The notes under the pieces: generated by a model
What the model was told of the DNA's origin: nothing
Databases searched by the model: none
What the model saw: only the letters and a program-made list of their open reading frames with translations
Assembly (NCBI RefSeq): GCF_009914755.1
Contig: NC_060929.1
Source: the human T2T-CHM13v2.0 reference genome, Homo sapiens
DNA length: 64,000 bases
Direction: 5' to 3' (one strand)
Shown here: piece by piece, positions 28,281 through 43,460 of the stretch
Layout: each line of letters begins with the position of its first letter
Position numbering within the stretch: the first letter of the stretch is position 1
Translations under genes and position numbers: made by a program

Positions 28281-31207
28281 TTCATTTTTAATTTTTAAGT
28301 TTTTTCAATTTTAAGAGCTCTGAATATTCCTTTCAAAAATAACTTGTTTCGCAAATATAATATTATTTATCTCATCCTATTAATAAACATTTTTTAAGTT
28401 TTCTTTTCAGTTTTTGTTTACTTCAGGTTGCTTTTGCTTGTTTTAGCCTCTTTCACACTGCAGGTCTGTCTCATGTTTGGAAGTCCTTGCAAAGAGCGAG
28501 TAGCAGATACACTGAGGATGTGGGGCTTCTGGACCCTGAGTGTCAAGGCAGGACAGTCTGGTTGGGCCATTTATTGATTGAAGAATGTCTAGTGTCATTA
28601 CCTTTAGATATTATCTGTAAGAAGGTATTTCCCTTCTTCTTCCTGGAAGACAGAAGGACTACACTGTTTGGAAGCCTAATGAAGAGAGACAGGCAGCCAG
28701 TCTTAGACCACTGTGCTTAGGTTTATTTAATCTTTATGCTTTTGACATAGTACACCTGCCCCAAGGGTCCCTGGTGTTACAGAGACCTTCAAAAAGCAAA
28801 CCTCTTTCTGCTGGATGGGGGAGGAGTGATTTCTCTGAGGCATGGTGGATGGTTGGGGATTGGGATTAAATGCTTATGAGAAAGTTTGCAACTAGTGCTT
28901 GTTTTAGTTCCATTCCCCTTCACCTTCTCAAAAGAATCCATGTTACTGATTCTCAAGCTTGTTGAAGTTTTGCAGTATAAATGGAGCTGGTTCTCACTTT
29001 TCCCCACTGCTGGCTTTCTTGGGTGCTAAATCAGTACTCTTGAGTCTGCTTTCCAGTTTCCGTTTGTCTTTTATCCTCTTGTCATCCTTGTTGGTTTTGC
29101 CTTTTGAAAAAAAAGTTTTTGACTGTATTTTTAGCTGGTTTTAGGGAGGGAAATAAAAGCAAATGCATGCATCCACCCTCTCTGCCCAGAAATCTGGATT
29201 AGGGCCCACTCTAGTCCAGTATGACCTCATCTTAACCTGATCATATCTGTAAAGACCCTATTTCTAAATAAGGTCATTCTAAAATACTGGGAGTTAGGAC
29301 TTAAGCATGTCTTTTGTGGGACAGGTCATGATTTAACGCTTAACAGATGGTGACCCAACAATTCTGTACCTAGCAAAGTCTTATTCATGCATGAGAGGTG
29401 TTCCTAGTTTACTCCCTCCTTACAGTTTTTAGCAAGGGAAAGGCATCCTAGTAATTTTAGTGCAAAAATGGTATAGGCATATCACTTATGAACATAGATG
29501 AAAAAAAAAAACCTAAGTAGGATATTGGGGAATTGAATCCTCAGTGTGTTTAAATAATGTTAACATAGTGTTCAATTACTTTTATCCCCAGGAATGTAAG
29601 GCTGCTTTATCATTAGAAAATCTATTGTAGTTCACTGAAATTAATAAATAAAGGGAGAAAAATACATATTCAAACTAAATACAGAAATTTATTTGATGAA
29701 GATTGATACCTATACATGAAAATCTTTTAGCAGACTGTGTGTAGAAGTTTCATAACATGATTAAAGGATATCAACCAATAACCTGGAACAGAGCAAATTT
29801 AATTAACTAATTCCAACTTTTAAGACAAAGACACCTGTTATTACCCTTACTATTCAATATTGTGCTGAAGCCTTAGTCAGTTCAGGAAGGAGGGCAAATG
29901 AAATGTAGGCATGAGTAAAGGTAGGATAAAATTATCAGTGAATGTTACAACTATTCACATAACACACCCAAGAGAATCTGCAGATAAATTATTCACTGCT
30001 GGATTTACTTTGCATATATTTTATTTAGATCTTTTGTGTGTATGTTTATAAGTGACATTGTTGTAAAATGAGCTGGTCTTACTGTAATCAACAAACAAAA
30101 ATTAGTAATATTTTTGCATACCCTTAAGAACCAATTAGGAAATGTAATATAGCAAAAACAGCAACATAAAGATAGTACTCATGCTAGTGGTAAAAACAAA
30201 TTAAGCTAGGGTGTAAAAGCTAACCAGGATGTAGAAAACATCCTTCAGGAATGCGTAGAGGAAAAATAGAAAAAATTATCACTGTGTGTGTTTTGATTTC
30301 ATTATATGCTGCCAAAATGCTCTTCAAATACTACCACCCATAGTATGAATTGTATTTTCCTTACATCCTTACCAATATGTTTATTTTAGTCTAGCCTAGT
30401 GGATGAAAAGTAAATTTTTGTTATTTTAGTTTTGCATTTCCTGATATGAAAAAGGTGGAATACGTTTTTTAAAAAATGTCTATTGACTATTCCAAATTCT
30501 TAATCTGTGAATTGACAGTTTATATCCTTTACCTTTTTCAGTGTAAACCTCTGAAATGCATAAGTCTGGTCCAGCAGTACCAGTATTTGGGCTTTATTCT
30601 CAGGAAAAATAGAACTGTTTGACAAAGGAATGGGCAAGGAAATTCATGGCATGCTGTCTGTAAAGACTGGAAAAGGACCTAAACCTCCCTCAACAACAAT
30701 TTGATAGATGGAGTACATCCAAAAATATATTTTATATATGTGGTGGCAGTTCTGAAAGTTGAAAGTTAAAAACACGCTGAGTGATTTTTGACAGATGGTG
30801 AGATTACAAGAGAAACTATGCATTTGACTTTATTTTAATGTGTAGATGTTTTAACAGATATGTAACATAACTGAGAAGAAAAGGCAGACATTATCATAAA
30901 GGGAAATATTACTGTAACTATCAAAATCATTTGGATTATCTGGAAAACTATTGGGATAATCAGTGAAAATTGAACATAGTTTGGATAATTTCAAATTATT
31001 ACTTGGTGTAATTATTACTTGTGAAGGGCTATTGTGGTTATGTTTAAAAGTAAGTCCTTATTTCTGAAGTATTTAGTGATGGAAAAAGGAGACATTAAAG
31101 GAAAGAAGTTAATGAAAAGAAAAAATTAGCTCATTTTAAAATCTTAGGAACATTTCAACAGTGTAACTAAGGATGTTTTTCCTTTTGGGTTGATAGCGGT
31201 AATTTAG

Positions 31208-31528
<321 letters not shown>

Positions 31529-31980
31529 TAGATCCTTATATATTTTTTCACTTAATCTTAGTCCATTTTAATATTTCTATTCATCTCCCCCATGGTTTCT
31601 TTTTTGTTGTTATTTTTTATGATTTATGTGTCTTTTGGGGTAGCCTTAAATCCTCTCAGAAACAATGCAGGGTAAAGATTGATGATTAATAGCAAACTAA
31701 AAATAGTTAATATTTATTGAGCTCTGTGGCTAATTGCACACAGTAAAAGCATATTTACAACTAACTACCTTGCTGTTAAAGGAGTACTATCATTCAGATA
31801 AACAGGTTTGGAGAGAGGCACCATAGGCTCAGATTGTGCTCTACACAATATAAGTAATGCATTAACATTTCTATGTTTATATAATTATTAAAATTCTTAG
31901 ATATGATAAATAATGTTACAGACAATAATTATATTTAAAGTAATTGATAAAAAAGCTGACTGTGGCTTTTTTTCTTTCAG

Positions 31981-32039
31981 AATTTGAATGAATATGTTGA
32001 AGCATTAATTACCTTGAAACAAAAAATTATCAATACAGA
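31981..32039 (+). CDS. ICE1: ICE1 exon 2 (NLNEYVEALITLKQKIINT-D)
   Basis: Acceptor TTTTTCTTTCAG|, donor GA|GTAAGT; 59 nt, frame continuous. Confidence 0.95.
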
Positions 32040-32642
32040 GTAAGTATATTTGCATGTCGTTTGGCAGAACTTTGTAAACCTGACAAACTGGCTGAAGCAG
32101 GCGGTGCTTTTAGGCCCCCAGGGCTGGAATGAACACTAGAGTTTCTCCTTTGGAGGCCTGCATGGTACTGATTATAATTCCCCGTGAGCTTTGGGACTTG
32201 AACCTTTTGTTACAGGTTCACAGGCCTTTAAAACAAAGCTCGTGGGTTAGTAGGAAGTTGTTTTTACCAAACTGGACTTCTTAAAAAATCTGTTTTCTGT
32301 CTTCAAAGCCTTCTTAGCTTTACTGCTGGACCTCAAACCTCCTAACAGTATTTTATAGCCATGGTGTGAGATTTCCTATTTTTTTTGTTTTCAGCTTTGT
32401 AATAGTCTCATGAATGTATGAGCCAAGATACTACTCAGATCTAAAGGTTTCTAAATAAAAGGCTTGTATATCAACGTGATGCTTTTGAGAAATTTAAGGT
32501 GATATAGTCATTAATTTAGCATGCATTTGTTTCAGGAAATCTAGGAAGTCTAGAGGGTGCCTTGCATGGATTGAAACATAATTTTAACATAGTATATTTT
32601 CTAAATTAAAAAGTAACCTAATTTTTCTTTTCTTTTTTGCAG

Positions 32643-32677
32643 TAATTTGTTAACAGAATATCAGAAGAAATGTGATG
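32643..32677 (+). CDS. ICE1: ICE1 exon 3 (NLLTEYQKKCD-E)
   Basis: Acceptor TTTTTTGCAG|; ends at U12 donor G|ATATCCTTTT; 35 nt. Confidence 0.93.
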
Positions 32678-35457
32678 ATATCCTTTTACTGGCTTTTTCT
32701 GTTGAGTTTTGGAACTAACTTATGTTTAATTCCTGAAAGAGATGTGAGAATTGTTCCTCATAGGCCTTCTGGAAGATAGTACTTAACAGGCTTCAGTAGG
32801 GAGCATGTCTCACAAGCACAGTAAACAGACAGTCCTTTTATTCTTAATCCATGTTTAATGATGAGTTTTAAAAATGAGATTACTTTTCTTGTTGATTGTG
32901 ATTTTCTTAACGTCTCATAAGCTTTTTAGTGGGTGGGTTTCTCTTAATTTGTACTGAGGATGTGGCATGTTTTTTAGGTTTACGAATAATGTGAAACTGA
33001 ATGTGATACTTGCTGAATGTTATTTTTGAATCTGCAAGAAGTACAGTATGGGAAATTCAAAATGTTGGGCAATTGACTTTCATTAATTATTTTTGTGATT
33101 TACAGGGAAATGTGTGTGTATATATATATCTCCAAAATCATAGAAATAGCGTTGCTGTATATTCATGAACGCTGTGGGCAGTCAGAAGACAATTCTTGGC
33201 CTTACAGTCACCACTTGTTCGGTAGCCATTTAATGAGCTCGGTTGTGGAGTTAGTGTCTGGTCAGCTATTTTTTTAGCAGTGGGAAAAAGATGTGTATAA
33301 TTGATCCTTCCATGTCTTGCTGTGGTAATACCTTGATTTAAATCTCTCCTGTAAAAACTTAAAGTTTCTCTCATAAAAGTAAACATACGTATACTCCTTT
33401 AGGGAGTCCCTGAAATTTAGCTTCATGTTCGATGTCAGGACAGATTCAGCTGTTCAGCTTTGGCAATAACTTGAGGCCTGCTTCAATATGATTTATGTCA
33501 TACCTGAACTTACATGTCATCATCAGTTATTTATTTGTGTTGGTACCATCTGTACTAGTTGATTCTCACGCTGCTATAAAGGACTACCCGAGACTGGGTA
33601 ATGTATAAAGGAAAGAGGTTTAATTGACTCAGAGTTCTGCATGGCTGGGAGGCCCCAGGAAACTTATAATCATGGCAGAAGGGGAAGCAAACACATCCTT
33701 CACATGGTGGCAGGAGAGAGAAGTGCAGAGCGAAGCGGGGAAAAGCCCCTTATAAAACCATCAGATCTCGTGGGAACTCACTCATTATCAGGAGAACAGC
33801 ACTGGGGGACTGCCCCCGTGATCTGATCACCTCCCACAAGGTTCCACCCCAGCACCTGGGAATCACAACTTGGTTTACAATTCAAGATGAGATTTTGGGT
33901 GGGGACACAGCCAGACCATATCATCATTTCTAATTTCTGTGAAAATCGTAAAATTAAGAGATATCCTTTAGATTTATTTTTACTATCTGAATTTTTACAT
34001 TCAAAAATAAAGGTCATTGGAAATCTTCTTATGTGCCTCATCTGTTAAAACCATCAGTCCATTTAACTATACGTGCATATTATGGCAGAAATGATATCTT
34101 CAATTGTTAGTGAAAGGTGTATGGAAACAATTATCACAACTTTTAGAAGGCTAAATAGGGAAATAGATGGGCAGTTCCAGTATTAGGAGAGTATGTGTTC
34201 ATTGTATCATTCTTGGAAAAAATATGCACACTCTTTGAGTTAACTTATACATGTAACCTAGCAGAGAAATAATTGTTTTACTTTTCTAAAGGTTGGCCAG
34301 AAAAATTTTAAAACAAAAATTATCAGAATCCTTTATTAACGGATAACACTTTTGATTATTCCTGGATTTCAGAAGTTCATTCTGTAATATGATATTTGGC
34401 TTCATTGTCAGCTACAGATAGATACATACCTTTAAAAAAATATGTTTCACATTTGCTCCAAGTATGCATTTGTTGTACCTCAAATATGCAGTTGTTTGCT
34501 CTGCAACTTGAAGTGCCGATGTCACAGATTTAACATGGCTTTTAAAAATATAATTTGATTCCTTTTGCTACTAAAGTAGCAGTGCATTTTCCCATTTTTT
34601 TCAAGATGGGAAAGTTATTTCTTCCATAACTGCACTATGATAATTCAGTATTTCAGCTCTTTTTTGTGTAATTCTGACCACTTTATTATCACCTCTTTCT
34701 AAATGGCAAGAAATGTATTTTATTTCATCAGGTATTTTTTGAACTTTCCTATTTTGCAAAGATTAATTTAGGATGAATAAAATATAGTTCTTGTTCTTCA
34801 GAAACCTTCAGAAACTTACATTCTAATGGAGGATGCACACGTTTTTATGAACGTACATGTCCTATATTGTGATAAAAATACAGGAATTCCTAGGAGATGA
34901 AACATAAAGGAATTGTTTTTTGCTATCTTAGAATATTTTACTAGCAGTATGAGATGGTAAAATAAGGTTATCAAATTACATAAATTGTAAAAAATGAGAG
35001 TTTTGTAGATTTTATGATCTGTTTTCTACAAAACATGCTTATATATGGTTTTTGTAAGTACATAACTTTTGTTTGCTGGAATTATTCTCTGCACTATTTG
35101 AAAAATGAAGGACAGGTTGTTTGGGGATTCCGCTATGTAGAGAAATCAAGGTATTTTCTATTAGTTGCATATTGCTTTGTCTTTCTTTTAATTCTGATCA
35201 TACATTTATTCACAGAACTCTATTTAGAGAAACAGATATTTTGACTTGGTACATGTTATTATGGTAAATGGAAATAACTCAGTAAAAAGACTTACCACTG
35301 TGTTTTAGATTGCATTTTGAATATAGTTTTCTAGTATTTATGATCTTGCCTGTATATATGTTGAACACAAATTATTAAAGATAATTGTAAAGTGAGTTTT
35401 ATCTCCAGAGAAGTATCAGAAGATAAAATTCTCAGAGTTTTCTTTAATAAGTTTTAC
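32678..35457 (+). other. ICE1: U12-type (minor spliceosome) AT-AC intron, ICE1 intron 3
   Basis: 5' end ATATCCTTT; branch-like TTTCTTTAAT at ~35439-35448; 3' end TTTTAC; this join restores the frame ...CD|ELQFAR. Confidence 0.92.
33551..33923 (-). mobile_element. THE1/MST solo LTR inside the U12 intron
   Basis: GAGACTGGGTAAT..ATAAAGGAAAGAGGTTTAATTGACTC...TTCAAGATGAGATTTTGGGTGGGGACACAGCCAGACCATATCA. Confidence 0.9.
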
Positions 35458-35476
35458 AGCTGCAGTTTGCAAGAAG
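35458..35476 (+). CDS. ICE1: ICE1 exon 4, 19-nt microexon (E-LQFAR-R)
   Basis: AC|AGCTGCAGTTTGCAAGAAG|GTGAGC; phases fit exons 3 and 5. Confidence 0.92.
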
Positions 35477-36103
35477 GTGAGCCAACCTGTTTCATAGTTT
35501 ATGATACCACCTATATGAGTAGTTGATCTGAGATAGACATTTATTGGAGCAGATTTTTAAGCAGCTTTGAGCAAAATGTACATAGGATTACTCATAATAT
35601 AGAATGCTGCTTTGATGCTCATAATAAAATAGGACTCAAGTTCTCCTACTATTAAATTTTTCAAATGAATTTGTTACTAAGGTCTTGAATTACAACTGGG
35701 TGTTTCACTTTTGAGTAACTTGTACTGACTGCATTGCCATTGAAGTGAAGCTTATTGTTGTCAAATTAACTGTTGTTTACATGGTTCACACTTTAATGTG
35801 GTGGTTTATCTTCTGTTACTTTAAACAGTTGAAAATAGGCCTACATAAAATTTTGGCAATGTTTCATTCTCTGATTGGATTCATCACCCAGATGAAGGCG
35901 AAACGTGGTTATAAACTAAGCCATAAAATTGCCTGTCACTTAAATTGAATAAATGGGTATGAGCTCAGGACTCAAGATTGGAACAGCCGGATTCTCAGCC
36001 AGGCTGTTTGAGTGATTTTACTGTAAAGTATTCTTCAGCAAATTAAGAATCTACTTGTTTCTCACAGAGCTTTTTGGTAGACTTTTATCAGAAATAGATT
36101 ACT

Positions 36104-36490
<387 letters not shown>

Positions 36491-36674
36491 TACTATGCCT
36501 AAGAAATAAAGGCAATGTGAAGATCATGTTGGTGTAGAGAGAAGTGCATTTAAAAAGACTTTTTCATCCTTTTTTTTGTTCCAAGTTAGCAATAAAATCT
36601 GAAATTATAAGCACATATATTTAATACTTCGTTATAGATCCTTTTCTGTAATAATGTTAATTCATTGTCTTTAG

Positions 36675-36786
36675 AGAGAATAGTAATCTGCATCACCAAG
36701 TGGAAGAGATGCTTCAAAAAATTTCTCCTCTACAGAAATGTCAGGAAGAACTGGGATCTTTAAAAGCAGAGCTAGAAGAGAAAAAG
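36675..36786 (+). CDS. ICE1: ICE1 exon 5 (ENSNLHHQVEEMLQKISPLQKCQEELGSLKAELEEKK)
   Basis: TCTTTAG| ... AAG|GTATGA; 112 nt; coiled-coil-like. Confidence 0.95.
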
Positions 36787-38730
36787 GTATGAACAATAAT
36801 TTTCTGTAAAGATTTACGGTCAATAAATTAGGATGAGCTTATTCGGTATAATTGGGACGAGGGGGCTTTTGATGTGTTAAAGGAAATAAAGGCTAGTCAA
36901 GACTCTCAGTGTATTATTAGCTTTAGAGAACATTGAACTAACTGCTTAGTAGCTTAGTCTTTACAGTGATTATTAGCTCTGCAATACTGTGTCAGTTGCT
37001 TATGCTTTTTGAGAGGGTCAGCAGAAAATGCTTCTCACTATGAATTTGTGTGGTTTTATGTGTTCTGCATTAATTGATTTTTATACCTTTGTTTTTTGCT
37101 TAAATGTAAAATAACATGCAAAAATTCAAACTTTAAATGTAGAGGAATCGTTGTACATAAGAGAGAGGGAGCAGGAGAGAATTTTATTTCTTCAGTGGCT
37201 CTGGCCTATCTTTGGAGAGCCCAGTGGTGAATGAAGCGTGTAGGGCTTCTGCTCTGGTATGAGTTAAGATGTCCTTTAAAGAACCTACTCTCATAATTCA
37301 TAAACTAGTCAATATTTTAAGCAATGTCTGTATACTTTACCTCTGTAACCCTAACTGCTTTGTTTGATCCCTTTTTAAAAAATCTCTTTTCATTTCTTTT
37401 TTTGGCAGTCATGTATAGTCTCTTGTGGTTTCTCATTGTCTGTGAGAGGTACACAAAAATGAGTCTTTCAATAATGCTTTTATAAGTAAGCGTTCAGGTT
37501 AGGGGTTATTTCTTTTAGGGCATGTTCGATCTTTTTGGGTGATACTTATTAAGCTGAGATGGAGCATTGGGAGAAGATGCCCACTTCAGATATGAAAATA
37601 CGTATGTCTTTTCATGGAAGCTCTTCTTCTTTTCAAAGTCAAGTTGCAGTAAAACAGTTTGTTTAAAATGCTGTAAACTCCCTTTTCTATGTAAATTGTT
37701 GTTTACTCCCTACATGAATCTTAGAATTCATAGCTTTTACAGATAAAAACATTAAAGTCCATAGATTTAAGTGGTTTGCATGAGCCAAGTAGCAGCCACC
37801 TGGAATGATCCTCCTTTCTTAACCTCTTCTCTCTAGGCGCTTCTCACGGTAGTGTTTGTGCCTCTCAGTCTTCCTCAAATTGTGCTATTTTAGTGGTGAC
37901 ACGTAGCTGTCTGAGGTCTTACGTGCTTTAATAGTACATACTTATTTTCCTCTTTATAGAAATTCTTACTATATGTATAACTATGCTGTCAAAGTTAAAC
38001 AGAAACAATCACAGTGTTCAATGATCTCTATTTGGTTATATAATCTTTTCAGCCATATTTGAGAAGAAGCATGAACATTGGAGTTAGACCTTAATGATAA
38101 CCCTCATTAGTTGTTCAGTTACTGTCTTTGGAAGAGCAAGTCATCCTGTCAAACCCTGAGATTCCTCATTTGTAAAAAAGGAATAATGAAACTGTTGAGA
38201 TTAAAGAACTCTCTCAGAGCTGTTGAGATTAAAGAAATGTATAGTTATCATACCCTGCTAGAACTCTCAATAACAGTGTCTTTCCCATTTTATAGTAGCT
38301 GCTAGGGTGTATATATCAGTGTTCACACATTTTCCCCAGTTATCATTAAGTATAATGATTTGTTTTAAATTTTCCCTAGCAATACCGTTAGCTCATATTT
38401 ATTATGCTCTAATATTTTTTCAGGATATGTTGAATTTTAATTAGTTGAGGCAAAAATATTAGCTGTTTGATATTTAAACCAATTATGAAGGTTTAGAATT
38501 GCAATAAAATTAGTATATTGTTTTTAAGTTTTATAGTTTTTGTTGGATTATATTGTTAGTCATATTTCATCTATTAAGAATCTGGTTACCTCTATTAAAA
38601 TATTCAGTGACTATTTTTTCTGCCTAATGTCTGTTTATTTGGTTAATAGCTTATCAAAGGCAAAGCAAGTTATGACCAATGGTCAGTGACTTTCATTTTG
38701 ACAATATCTGTTTTTTTTCTTTTTTTAAAG

Positions 38731-38807
38731 AGTTCTTTAAAGTTGTATCAGGATACTCATCAGGAATATGCTCGTGTAAAGGAAGAATGCTTGAAGAGTG
38801 ATGCTCA
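38731..38807 (+). CDS. ICE1: ICE1 exon 6 (SSLKLYQDTHQEYARVKEECLKSDA-Q)
   Basis: Poly-T AAAG| ... CA|GTAAGT; 77 nt. Confidence 0.95.
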
Positions 38808-39851
38808 GTAAGTAGTTACTAAATTACTATAGAAATACGGTTTTCAGTTTTGAAAATACGTAATTCTTAAGTCGGTAGTGTTTTTTTTTTTACAGTCTTT
38901 GGATTTCTTGGCCATAATTAGCTGCATGGTCTTGAACTAGTTAGTCTCTCAACCTTGGTTTCCACATCTGTAAACTGGAAGTTATATCTACTTTGAAGGG
39001 TCATAAGGAACATTAAATAAATTGTCATATGTTAAAGGGCTGCACAAAGAACTCCATAAAGGTGTTTGTCTCTGTATGTATATGCATTATATTTGCATGC
39101 ACATGTGTCTGTGTGTGTCTAAAGGTGTTTGTCTGTGTATATAATGCATTATGTACTCATTCACTTGTGTCTGTGTGTCAGAACATAATGACTGACCCCT
39201 TGCTTTGTGCCAGTGCTTTAACCGATAGCATGTGGAATGGGTATCTTTGCTACTATTCATAAAAAGGGCTGTTCAGAAGCATCCCCTTGATCATTGAGGT
39301 TCATACTATAGTCATGTTATTCACAACAAATGTGAGCTATACATAAAACAGTTGAATGTAGATGTAATGAAGCAGTGACTCAGAGAGTTATCCACCTTTT
39401 CAGACTCTCAGAAATCCATCTTAAAGCAAGTGTAGCTCTTCAACCACTGCTTTCCATACGGTGGTGCTGTGACCACTGTTAACGCTATGCATGCTCCTGA
39501 AGAGTAACCTTAACTCATTAGACTCTGGACTGACTCTTAGAGACCATCTAGAAACTTCAGCTAGTCTCATGAATGATGCCACTGCAGTTCAGGAAGGGTC
39601 CCAGATGTACTCATGGCAGAAATTTGACAGGCCCATGGCATGTGTTTCAAGTGGAAAGAACAGAATTTTTTAATCCACTGTAAAGATATTTCATACTAAA
39701 TAGTATATTATTCTCTCTTAGGATACTAGTTCAGACTGAACATTTGTTATACAAATATTTGTAATTTAAAAAATATGTGCCACAAATTATAAGGCATATT
39801 TTTTCCTATTCTCTCTTTCTTGCCATTTAACTTACACAATTTCGTTATTAG

Positions 39852-39889
39852 GAAGAAGAAACTAGAAGCTAAGGTGAAGAAGCTGCAAG
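39852..39889 (+). CDS. ICE1: ICE1 exon 7 (KKKLEAKVKKLQ-E)
   Basis: TTATTAG| ... AAG|GTAAGT; 38 nt. Confidence 0.95.
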
Positions 39890-40970
39890 GTAAGTGGCAC
39901 TATTGTTACCTGAAGTTTTCGGTCAGTACAAAAATCACTGGTAACTGTATGAGGAGGTACTTCTTGATCAAATAGTTGAATTGTTATGGTTTTTGATGGT
40001 ACATCCATGGATGACTGCATCAAGGGGTCTATTAGAAAGAAGTGTGAATACTACTCTCCTCTCAGTTACCAAATGGTAACATAGAGATGGAATGTGGCAA
40101 ATCTCCGAAATGTTACTGCACTCAAAGTAATCGCAGCCCATACTTTTGCTATAAAAAGCAGTAATTAATGAAAGAATTTAATTTGGAAAGTTGAATCTCA
40201 TAGGGCTTTTTCTTTTTTTCTTAATGAAATAAGTAGCTGGTGGAAAGGGTGGCTACTTTTAGTACCAAGAAACATGTATTTAGATAGTTATAACACACAT
40301 ACAGAGATTTCGATGAAATTTTGTACATTAGGGATTGTCCAGTTTGTACCTGATCCTCACCCGTGCCTCACCCTCTTGTTAGGGGTTCTAGCCTACAGTG
40401 AGTAGGTACGAGTGCAGAGGGACCATGCGAGAATCTAAGTCCTCACATTTCAGCTAATAACCTTTCAGGAACTGGTAGGAATTGAACTCAAGATCTTTTT
40501 ATTTGCTTTTTCCTCCCTTCATTGTGTGGGTGGGACACAGACCTAATACCAAGTAGAGACAAAGGGGCTCTGCCAGATCCATCCTGCACACGATCTTCCT
40601 GTCATTCCAGCCTGGACTGCAGCGGGCATCTTACCTGCTATGGGTTTCTGACCCATTATCTTGCTAGTGCTCTACTTCAGAGATGGTTTATGTTCATTTA
40701 GAGCGTGAAGTTAGAGTTTGAATTTAGTTACATCCGGGCACATAGAATAATAGTTGCGGAAAGTATTTCTAGTCACTAATTTTTCTTGATTGAACCAAAT
40801 TTTTTGGACTGGAACTCTAAATATTTCGGTAACAATTTTTCCTCTGGTTTGATTATTGCATGAATACTGACAATATGGCAGTAAGAATGATATTTTGTGT
40901 TCTAAGTATTGGTGTCTCTTGTAAGAATATGGAGATAAGTGTCTATTGTATTTAAACAAAATTTTTTTAA

Positions 40971-42140
<1,170 letters not shown>

Positions 42141-42989
42141 AAGGAAACATCTTTAAAGAAATCTGAAGTGCCAGTGAGACTATATATACAGGTTTTAGAA
42201 CAGACTTTCTGTGAAGCAAAATGCCGCCTTTATTTTTCGTGTATAAAAAGTAGTTTTTCTAGTAAAAAAAATTTATCGGTGTGACTTAATAAAGATTACT
42301 GAGAAAAAAAATATCCAAACTTGTTAGAGGAGTCAGGAGAGGATTGTTACTGAGGTGTTTCATGGAGTTTTAGTTAGTAATTGTATATGAGCATAGTTAT
42401 GTAAAGTCAGTACTGGTCAGATTCTTAATAGTATGTCTGGACCATTTGAGGCTTCAGAAACAAAAATGAAAATGAAGGATTACCTAAAATAGATCTCTAA
42501 TAAAGGTCCTAGGGATTATGTTTAGCTAACTTGTTGAAGAGAATTCCAGGGAAGAATAACCATATCTATAATAAGCATTGAGAAAATCGCCTCTCCCCTC
42601 CCTAATAAAGAGGCTATATTCTGAGATAAAATCACATTTCTAAAATTTCTAGGACTTTAAGGTTGCCAGTGATTGAAATGGGACGGCAACTCCCTTTTAT
42701 GCCTTGAATTCTTCCTTAACTAGGGGTTGGGATTGCTGTGCCTGGTTTGGAAAGAATTCTTAAGGCCTGCGCTAGTTCTGTGGTTTAAATGACAGTTAAA
42801 GAAAAAAGTACATTGCATTCAGCCCTGACGATAAAATATTGAAGGAGCAATGGCTTTTTACGAAATTTATTTCAAACTTTTAAGAAATGAGAAAAACTTG
42901 TAATAGATAAGATTTTGAGTATTTCATTAACCACAGTAGTAAAGTTAGTAAATTATTTTTCTCTCCCTATTGCTTCATTGGACTTAAAG

Positions 42990-43072
42990 AGGCTGCTGTC
43001 AAGCAAACTCAGGACTTCAAGCAACTGAGAAATGAAAAGAAAATACTTGAAAAGGAATTTAAGAAGACACAG
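42990..43072 (+). CDS. ICE1: ICE1 exon 8 (AAVKQTQDFKQLRNEKKILEKEFKKTQ)
   Basis: TTAAAG| ... CAG|GTACTA; 83 nt. Confidence 0.93.
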
Positions 43073-43283
43073 GTACTAGATAAAAGCAGCATACACACAC
43101 CTTAAATACGTGGCTCCAGGGTCTCTGTAGTGTCTCTGTGTTGTAACTCACGTAGGAGTCAACATGAGGCCCCCTGGCAAAAACAGTCCCAGCTGCCTGT
43201 TAAGTTGCACCTGTTTTACATTTGGTCTAGAATGGCTGCACTTCTTATTCAGCATAAACACTATTAATATTTTGTTTTCACAG

Positions 43284-43323
43284 GAAAGGCTTGACGAATT
43301 TTCTAAACAGAAAAATGAAAAGG
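43284..43323 (+). CDS. ICE1: ICE1 exon 9 (ERLDEFSKQKNEK-E)
   Basis: TTTTCACAG| ... G|GTGAGT; 40 nt; followed by an 80-nt intron. Confidence 0.95.
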
Positions 43324-43403
43324 GTGAGTATTCAGTTAATGCTTACATAAATTTATTTTTGATATGTAGTATTTTATTAACCGTTTTTTCCCCATGCTTT
43401 TAG

Positions 43404-43460
43404 AGTTGAGACATATTGGAACACAAATTTCAAGTGATTCATATGGAAGCATAGATAAAA
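43404..43460 (+). CDS. ICE1: ICE1 exon 10 (LRHIGTQISSDSYGSIDK-R)
   Basis: CTTTTAG| ... AAA|GTGAGT; 57 nt. Confidence 0.95.

Noticed and set aside
30522-30530. Another ATATCCTTT U12-like donor in intron 1
   Set aside because: Lies in degraded L1-like sequence with no upstream exon; shows the motif can occur by chance.
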